Shown: piece by piece, positions 28,601-32,943 of the stretch | Position numbering within the stretch: the first letter of the stretch is position 1 | Layout: each line of letters starts with the position of its first letter | From: an uncultured virus (IMG/VR IMGVR_UViG_3300002220_000147) | Taxonomy: Duplodnaviria; Heunggongvirae; Uroviricota; Caudoviricetes; Crassvirales | DNA length: 32,943 bases | Strand: one strand, 5' to 3' | Virus record (IMG/VR): IMGVR_UViG_3300002220_000147 | Made by a program: the position numbers and the translations under genes | Notes under the pieces: generated by a model | Seen by the model: the letters and a program-made list of their open reading frames with translations, nothing else | The model's database searches: none | Told to the model about the DNA's origin: nothing

Positions 28601-30646
28601 CATTACACCAAGATTCGTACAGATAAGGAGAGTGAATGGTTCTCAGATGAGTGGAAAGAATTAAATAAGTCTGATAATAAAGCACTTAAAGATTTTTATG
28701 ATTTCTTTATTAAGACTACTAGCCGAATGGCTAAGACTCTTCCACATTTTAATCACAAATATACCTTCATTCCTTCTGTTAGGAAAACTTTGATGGAGCA
28801 ATTAGGTAATGTAGCTGATGGTAAGGGGTTGTTTGAAAATGTAAGGTCTAGAATGTCAGTGAATGAATTAAATGCTAATTCAGGTGCAGTCAATGAAATG
28901 ACTGGTGAAACAGGTGGAGAAGTTCCTTTATACTTTGTAGAAGGGATTAAACCAGAGGATAAGTCTTACGATTTATTTAGAGTGCTACAAATATTTGGAG
29001 AAATGGCAAATAATTATAAGAATATGTCGGAGATAGAAAATTCTACTCTTGCAGCATTTGAAATTCTTAAAGGACAAGAAGCCTATTCATCATCAGCATT
29101 TAATCCTCTTGGAATTAAGATAAGTCCTATGACTCAAAATCCACAGAAAAGTACTCAGGCTAATGAGGGTTGGGTGGAAATGTATGAAGACTTTATGAAT
29201 TATTTTGTATACGGAGTTAGTACTAAAAATCCTTCCAAAATAACTGAAATGTTGGATTCTTTGAATAAGTTTACATCATTTAACTTATTAGGGCTAGCCC
29301 CATTTCCAGCTATGGCAGCATTAGTTGCTAATGCAAGTAATACTCAAATTCAGATAGCAAGAAATATCTATTTTAATGAGAGACAGTTTGCTAAGTCTTT
29401 ATGGATGTTAACTGGTGGTAAAGCTATTGGTGGTAATGAGAAGGAAATAGCTTTTGGATTACTACAATTATTAACACCTACTATTGACATTAGAGCTGAA
29501 GCTAAGAATAGAAAACTATCTACTAAGATACAAGTTAGAAAGGTAACAGTAGACCATTTTTATTTTATGCTTAGGGAAACTGACCAATTTAATCAAAGTG
29601 CTGTAGCATTATCAATGTTGCAAAACGCTACTGTTACTAAAGATGGTAGAATTAGGTTACTATCTGACTATGCTAAGGATTTAAGACCTCCACATTATTA
29701 TGATAAAGATACTAATAGGAAGAAGATTGATGAGGAAATTGCAGAAAAGATGAAATCAGTTAAGTCTATAATGGATTTAACTTCTGTAGATGATAAAGGC
29801 ACACTTAGGATTGAGGGTATTCCTGAGTTGAGTATGGAAACTATTATGGAATTTAGACAAATGATAAGACAAGTTAATAAAAATATTATTGGTAATATGG
29901 ATGCTAATGATATATTTACTGCTAAAGTAAATGCTTGGGTTAGACCTCTCCTATTGTTTAGAAACTGGATGCCTAGAATGATTGAGGAAAGGTTTGGAGA
30001 ACTCAGATATAACAGAGAGTTGCAAAGAGCTGAGTTTGGTAGGTACAAAACTTTCTTTAAACACCTTACTACAGTAGCTAAGGATGAAAACAATAGACTT
30101 AAGTGGAGTATGGCTATTGGAATAGTTGAAGCAGCTAAAATAGAATATCTTAAACAAGTTGCATTAAACCCTAATATAGTAAATGATATTTCAGAAATGG
30201 AGTTTATTGATCTGTATAAAGAAAATATGAGAGCTTCTTATGTTGGACTTGCAATTACAGCGGCAGTACTTATGTTTATATTTGCTTCTATAAGAGCATT
30301 TGATGATGATGACGATGAGAATTTAACTTCATCACAAAAACTTCAACTTAAGCTTTTAAGAAGAGCTTATTCTGAAATGTCAATGTTTGCTAATCCTGTA
30401 GAAGCTATCAATATTCTTAAATCTCCTACAGCATCTCTAGCACCACTAGTTACACTAGGTAGGGCACTTAATCATTCGGCTAAACAGTTTACAGGTTGGG
30501 TATTAAATGATGAAGAAATGCAGTTTAAAGCAAGACCTGTTAAGTTTTGGATGAATTTTAGTCCATTAGCGGGCCCTGAAAAATTCTACAGGTTATTAGA
30601 TGACCAGTGGAAAGAGAGAATTGAAGATAATAAGAAAAGTGAGTAG
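25670..30646 (+). CDS. large virion polyvalent protein: ART-like, degenerate zincin-like and PD-(D/E)XK nuclease domains, helical C-terminal region with hydrophobic segments
   Basis: FYRG / GVSMT / EAGEV; LPEEASH...EEAVG; RGTTVH...GSIDLL...IYDWKT...QVSLY; C-terminal hydrophobic helix YVGLAITAAVLMFIFASI. Confidence 0.75.
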   Translation: MANCVNKSLPEFKNLAAESGINPLVLAVKIGVWQESNGLDNWPTLADLGVGNKEEITQDSNSFYRGQIEQPTIDKNGNLILHGKKDSLYTKAGLKDTGVSMTDDLQSAIEYGNGQLEVTKNLASETYDAEQELETLSQNGYWLIQIPKNISNEVVKEAGEVKVIGDKIIVPKGKYKVEQVSDFLQKGNSTTEAPIKELESKLMSFLNKIGVKVETLGEGDFVAKAKLLEKIIQVVQGKADITTLPEEASHIFVAILKANGVVYQKLVADIESNPIYNDVFEEYKNIYVLPNGNPDIDRIKEEAVGKLIAKNIVSLYKSGLVANEGKPKSWLEKGWDMIKAVIKRGLNSIGITNFSPMIASVEGKTVDIYQQTASRILKGDLKGLNLSLPLDNYEMLQKTNASQSDVVNSIRAIQNRIEVGSEKLDSGENRHFYFIDKATDRERKVYGTPSMIASQDSRKRSKYSRKFISQDTLTAWDKAAKRGTTVHGWVQDIVENYVSSNKVISTATYKKLSPKERVLYDGVRAKVEALIDSIKREDPTAIFMPEMAIYDPTYKWTDDYGKSQTGIAGSIDLLVVHGDGTVSIYDWKTTSKGKGLDAISIWKAFEYNTQVSLYKRMLMDGNSYMGVPKVKGIRKSRLVQISTESDAEGKLSKVELIGEIPVAGESTGNTKLDSKLEGLYNKFYKLLKAKPPKDAAERKAYYARIDSIKDTIINLHLRKGYATIIDNATIDLEYVNKILNKEDVSIEDLTTAKEVTNLYGDIMEFIDDSGLTKENEAALAFIQRKSIKAAKTINEKIMLIQQAEASNYGISVPLDAISRQVGFLEKNFRSISTVNHPMIAYLYEKVKRALYVSEQENNTLRAEIIQQREEVKKWASSHGLSLQEAIDKIINKKTGNLIGVVKADYFTKQREARAAKNLAWFKENVTLDVDLYNKELKAFADGLNSGKPLSRNPAKNKEMQEQLVAEFKALESNLMESHYTKIRTDKESEWFSDEWKELNKSDNKALKDFYDFFIKTTSRMAKTLPHFNHKYTFIPSVRKTLMEQLGNVADGKGLFENVRSRMSVNELNANSGAVNEMTGETGGEVPLYFVEGIKPEDKSYDLFRVLQIFGEMANNYKNMSEIENSTLAAFEILKGQEAYSSSAFNPLGIKISPMTQNPQKSTQANEGWVEMYEDFMNYFVYGVSTKNPSKITEMLDSLNKFTSFNLLGLAPFPAMAALVANASNTQIQIARNIYFNERQFAKSLWMLTGGKAIGGNEKEIAFGLLQLLTPTIDIRAEAKNRKLSTKIQVRKVTVDHFYFMLRETDQFNQSAVALSMLQNATVTKDGRIRLLSDYAKDLRPPHYYDKDTNRKKIDEEIAEKMKSVKSIMDLTSVDDKGTLRIEGIPELSMETIMEFRQMIRQVNKNIIGNMDANDIFTAKVNAWVRPLLLFRNWMPRMIEERFGELRYNRELQRAEFGRYKTFFKHLTTVAKDENNRLKWSMAIGIVEAAKIEYLKQVALNPNIVNDISEMEFIDLYKENMRASYVGLAITAAVLMFIFASIRAFDDDDDENLTSSQKLQLKLLRRAYSEMSMFANPVEAINILKSPTASLAPLVTLGRALNHSAKQFTGWVLNDEEMQFKARPVKFWMNFSPLAGPEKFYRLLDDQWKERIEDNKKSE

Positions 30647-30655
30647 GTAAAATTA

Positions 30656-30689
30656 AAACCCCCTGAAATTAATCAGGGGGTTTATTTTT
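30656..30689. terminator. bidirectional intrinsic terminator
   Basis: Stem AAACCCCCTGA (30656-30666) / TCAGGGGGTTT (30673-30683) with loop AATTAA; T-rich on the right and A-rich on the left; between convergent gene blocks. Confidence 0.9.
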
Positions 30690-30873
30690 ACTTACTGTCT
30701 CTAGGAAACATTAGTTTTTCAACAATATTATCCTGTATACCTTCCAACCATTTAATAGATTGTTTATTCTGATAAGACATTACTAATGCCCATATTGCTA
30801 CACCAAGAGTAATAATTCTTAGTAGCATTTTTAAGGTACTATAATGTTCACTTTTAACTTTAGATTGTTTCAT
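30688..30873 (-). CDS. small single-TM membrane protein
   Basis: 61 aa with hydrophobic LLRIITLGVAIWALVMSY; last gene of the minus-strand block. Confidence 0.65.
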   Translation of the reverse strand: MKQSKVKSEHYSTLKMLLRIITLGVAIWALVMSYQNKQSIKWLEGIQDNIVEKLMFPRDSK

Positions 30874-30938
30874 ATTATTTAGTTAATTCTAAATCCTCTT
30901 GTAATCTAATAAGAAAGTTATCTTCTCCATCATCTCAC

Positions 30939-31214
30939 TCATTCTTCACTCCTTTCTACATAAGGGGAAGTATCTAAATAAATAAAAGCCCATTCTCTTT
31001 CAATTAATTTCTTATTAAGCTTAGTTACCTTATGAATGTAATCTTTAGCCCAAGCAACCCACTCATCATTTTGAGCTTGAGTTACAGGGAATAGTCTGTA
31101 CCAATTTGGTGATTTAATTTCTTCAGGGTATTTTTCTGCAACTTCTTTACAATTAGTATTATGGTATTTTGATAACCACCAATCCATTAAGTCTGTTCTA
31201 CTAACCTGTTTCAT
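30939..31214 (-). CDS. hypothetical phage protein (Trp-rich)
   Basis: 91 aa; ATGA overlap with the upstream gene. Confidence 0.7.
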   Translation of the reverse strand: MKQVSRTDLMDWWLSKYHNTNCKEVAEKYPEEIKSPNWYRLFPVTQAQNDEWVAWAKDYIHKVTKLNKKLIEREWAFIYLDTSPYVERSEE

Positions 31215-31612
31215 TTTAAAATATCCTCCTTAGTATATAAACAAGGTCTAAGAACCGCCAAGTGGTCTTTTATTCCTGCTTTATCCATTAAATAACTAAA
31301 TGTATGATTTATAATTAGTTTACCATCAACAATATTAAATCCGTAGATAAATCCTAACTTATCGTAGTCTGGCATTTTTATATACATTCCTGTATTAAAA
31401 AATACTCCGTCTACTATTCTGGTTACTGCTGTCACTACATCTCCTTTATAATGAGGAATATATGGAGTAACTTCTATAATCTCTTCCCAATCGTAAGATT
31501 TCTCTACAAAAAGAGATGGTATAGAATGGTATTCATTTGTATAAAATTTACAACCTAAGTCGTGCCTCTCTTGTACAATGTCTCCTGTAATCCTATGTTT
31601 ATATTTTTTCAT
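31211..31612 (-). CDS. hypothetical phage protein
   Basis: The MKKYKH start at 31612 is preferred over 31645 because it gives only a short overlap with the upstream 56-aa ORF. Confidence 0.65.
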   Translation of the reverse strand: MKKYKHRITGDIVQERHDLGCKFYTNEYHSIPSLFVEKSYDWEEIIEVTPYIPHYKGDVVTAVTRIVDGVFFNTGMYIKMPDYDKLGFIYGFNIVDGKLIINHTFSYLMDKAGIKDHLAVLRPCLYTKEDILK

Positions 31613-31769
31613 AGTTTTTAATTTTTTCGTTAAATTGCTTCTCATTCAAATGAGTTGTGTATGGGAATTCTTCTCCGGCTAAATTTTTAATTCTTAAATA
31701 AGTTATAGCAAAATAATAAGGAGATTCTTTACACTTCTCAATCTCGTTAAGTATATCCTTTTCTTCCAT
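31599..31769 (-). CDS. 56-aa protein (absent from ORF track) resembling the N-terminal helix motif of T4-type large terminases
   Basis: Manual translation MEEKDILNEIEKCKESPYYFAITYLRIKNLAGEEFPYTTHLNEKQFNEKIKNYEKI*; fills the gap between its neighbours, starting 2 nt after the upstream stop. Confidence 0.65.
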   Translation of the reverse strand: MEEKDILNEIEKCKESPYYFAITYLRIKNLAGEEFPYTTHLNEKQFNEKIKNYEKI

Positions 31770-31771
31770 AA

Positions 31772-31996
31772 TTAATCAGGTTTATAAGGTGTTGGTAATT
31801 TCATATACGCTACAATGTTACCTTCAACATTAGCATAATCATCTGATTTATCGTAAAGACATAGTTTTACAGTATCATCATTAAGTGTGACTAACCATAA
31901 TCCACTTTCAATAGGTTTACCTACTCTCCAACATAAAGCCCTCTCCCCATTATCATGTTGAGGAGAGAACTTAGTACTAAATGATATATTATTCAT
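31772..31996 (-). CDS. DUF551-like small phage protein
   Basis: Pattern W....P...G.WLVT...IVAYMKLPTPY resembles DUF551. Confidence 0.6.
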   Translation of the reverse strand: MNNISFSTKFSPQHDNGERALCWRVGKPIESGLWLVTLNDDTVKLCLYDKSDDYANVEGNIVAYMKLPTPYKPD

Positions 31997-32591
31997 TTTA
32001 TTAAATTTTTAATAACCATTACTTTTAATTGCTGATAAGATACAGGTGTGTAATTCCAAGCATCCACGCCTATATCATATCTCATAAAATGATATGGAGC
32101 TATTTCACTGGCTGTATAGTTTGGGCCACTATGAATATGTCCATGTAAATGAATATATCCCCTTCTCCAATATAAAAATGGATAATGGGTTATAATAAAA
32201 TTCATATGCTTACTCTCCAATTCATCATCAATAATTGTGAATTGATACATATCAGAAGTTTGATGAAACATATCTTTGATTATCTGTCTATCAAGTCTAT
32301 TCCGGTAATCATGATTTCCAAGAATTAAATATATTTTACCATTTAACCTTTCAACTAATTCTCTAATATAGTCTATCCTTGCAGTCATAACAAAGTCTCC
32401 AGCATGGAATACAATTCCATCCTTAGGAACTACACTGTTCCAGTTGTCAATCAAAGCCTCATTCATATGAAACTCATCTTGGAAAGGTCTGTTACAAAAC
32501 TCTATAATATTTTTATGGTAAAAATGAGTCAAGTATCCGAGGTAAAGAATATCTTCTCTGCCTCGGACATATTAAAATTAGGTATTTTCAT
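31993..32591 (-). CDS. calcineurin-like metallophosphoesterase interrupted by a 5-nt gap (candidate programmed bypass, otherwise pseudogene)
   Basis: The first frame (ATG 32591) encodes MKIPNFNMSEAEKIFFTSDT then TGA. The second frame resumes at HFYHKNII and contains HAGDF, LGNHD, THYP and HGHIH. Skipping 5 nt restores TSDTHF and gives 197 aa. Confidence 0.85.
32534..32569 (-). other. mRNA stem-loop directly 5' of the interruption
   Basis: UGUCCGAGGCAGAGAA-GAUA-UUCUUUACCUCGGAUA: 15 of 16 positions pair (two G-U, one C-A mismatch). Confidence 0.75.
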
Positions 32592-32643
32592 TTGTGTTAT
32601 TTTTTAAGTATTATGAATGCTGGTTCGTTATGGTTAGCCACGA

Positions 32644-32839
32644 GTTAGGCACAATAAAACTATCGTGCTTTCCAAAGGTCTTCCATTACATCAGAACCTT
32701 TATCACCGTAATCGCTTCTCCAAGTTATTAATGCTAATAAAAAGTAAAGCACTCCTATTATCATTGCTATTGGTGTGCATAAACACTTGATTAAAGTTGT
32801 CATTAATGGTATCATAATTTAAAATTTACTGTGCCTAAC
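32644..32839. repeat. 15-bp inverted repeat pair bounding the 51-aa ORF
   Basis: GTTAGGCACAATAAA (32644-32658) versus TTTACTGTGCCTAAC (32825-32839): 14 of 15 complementary; the ends fit GTTRRRY and RYYYAAC. Confidence 0.8.
32660..32815 (-). CDS. 51-aa membrane peptide carried in a cassette-like unit (absent from ORF track)
   Basis: Manual translation MIPLMTTLIKCLCTPIAMIIGVLYFLLALITWRSDYGDKGSDVMEDLWKAR*; fills the space between the flanking inverted repeats. Confidence 0.65.
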   Translation of the reverse strand: MIPLMTTLIKCLCTPIAMIIGVLYFLLALITWRSDYGDKGSDVMEDLWKAR

Positions 32840-32925
32840 AAGCAATATAAAACAGTTGCCGTCAAGCTATTACTAAATTTGAAACGTCTTACAAGGCAAC
32901 CGTTTCATATTGCCGACCGTTACCA
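32833..32925 (+). mobile_element. attC-like integron cassette recombination site
   Basis: Starts GCCTAAC and ends GTTACCA, 93 bp; internal arms GCAATATAAAACAGTTGCC (32842-32860) / GGCAACCGTTTCATATTGC (32895-32913) match at 17 of 19. No integrase in the window. Confidence 0.65.
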
Positions 32926-32943
32926 ACCATTTAAGGAAGGTAA

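Noticed and set aside
5980..30157. Short antisense or alternate-frame ORFs nested in the large + strand genes (e.g. 5980-6180, 12313-12522, 18623-18979, 29698-30093)
   Set aside because: They are shadows of long coding frames with no motifs or independent initiation signals.
33..30646. Stop-codon reassignment (TAG/TGA) known from some Crassvirales
   Set aside because: Genes up to 13 kb are open in the standard code, the TAG at 30644-30646 sits just before a terminator, and no suppressor tRNA is visible. Readthrough would also not repair the phosphoesterase, which needs a frame change.
31993..32532. ORF-track TTG start for the phosphoesterase
   Set aside because: It omits the first beta-strand and the catalytic Asp, which are encoded upstream in another frame from ATG 32591.
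32404..32607. 67-aa + strand ORF
   Set aside because: It is antisense to the 5' part of the well-supported phosphoesterase gene.
1..32943. CRISPR arrays, tRNAs, introns, diversity-generating retroelement repeats
   Set aside because: By eye I found no spaced direct repeats, cloverleaf-like sequence, intron-sized interruptions or reverse transcriptase; intergenic space is minimal.

Overview
AT-rich phage DNA that reads as a crAss-like phage (Crassvirales) infecting Bacteroidota. This assignment comes from recognised gene order and motifs, not from a database search. Positions 1-30646 (+) are a late/structural operon. It holds a lysis cluster (membrane proteins, amidase, a lipoprotein with unimolecular-spanin architecture), tail ring-like and IHF-like genes, a 1371-aa muzzle/tail-stabilisation protein, and putative ejected cargo proteins. 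The cargo includes a 4342-aa polyprotein with a zincin motif (HEAFH) and a DFDID virion RNA polymerase, and a 1658-aa polyprotein with ART-like, degenerate zincin and PD-(D/E)XK domains. A bidirectional terminator at about 30656-30689 separates this block from small minus-strand accessory genes. The two most unusual signals are in the last 500 bp. (1) A metallophosphoesterase gene is split inside its D-x-H motif by a 5-nt gap (ACT-TG-ACT, with an in-frame TGA and matched codons), directly behind a 16-bp mRNA hairpin: a candidate programmed ribosomal bypass. (2) A small ORF sits in an integron-like cassette followed by an attC-like hairpin, possibly the start of a phage-borne cassette array.
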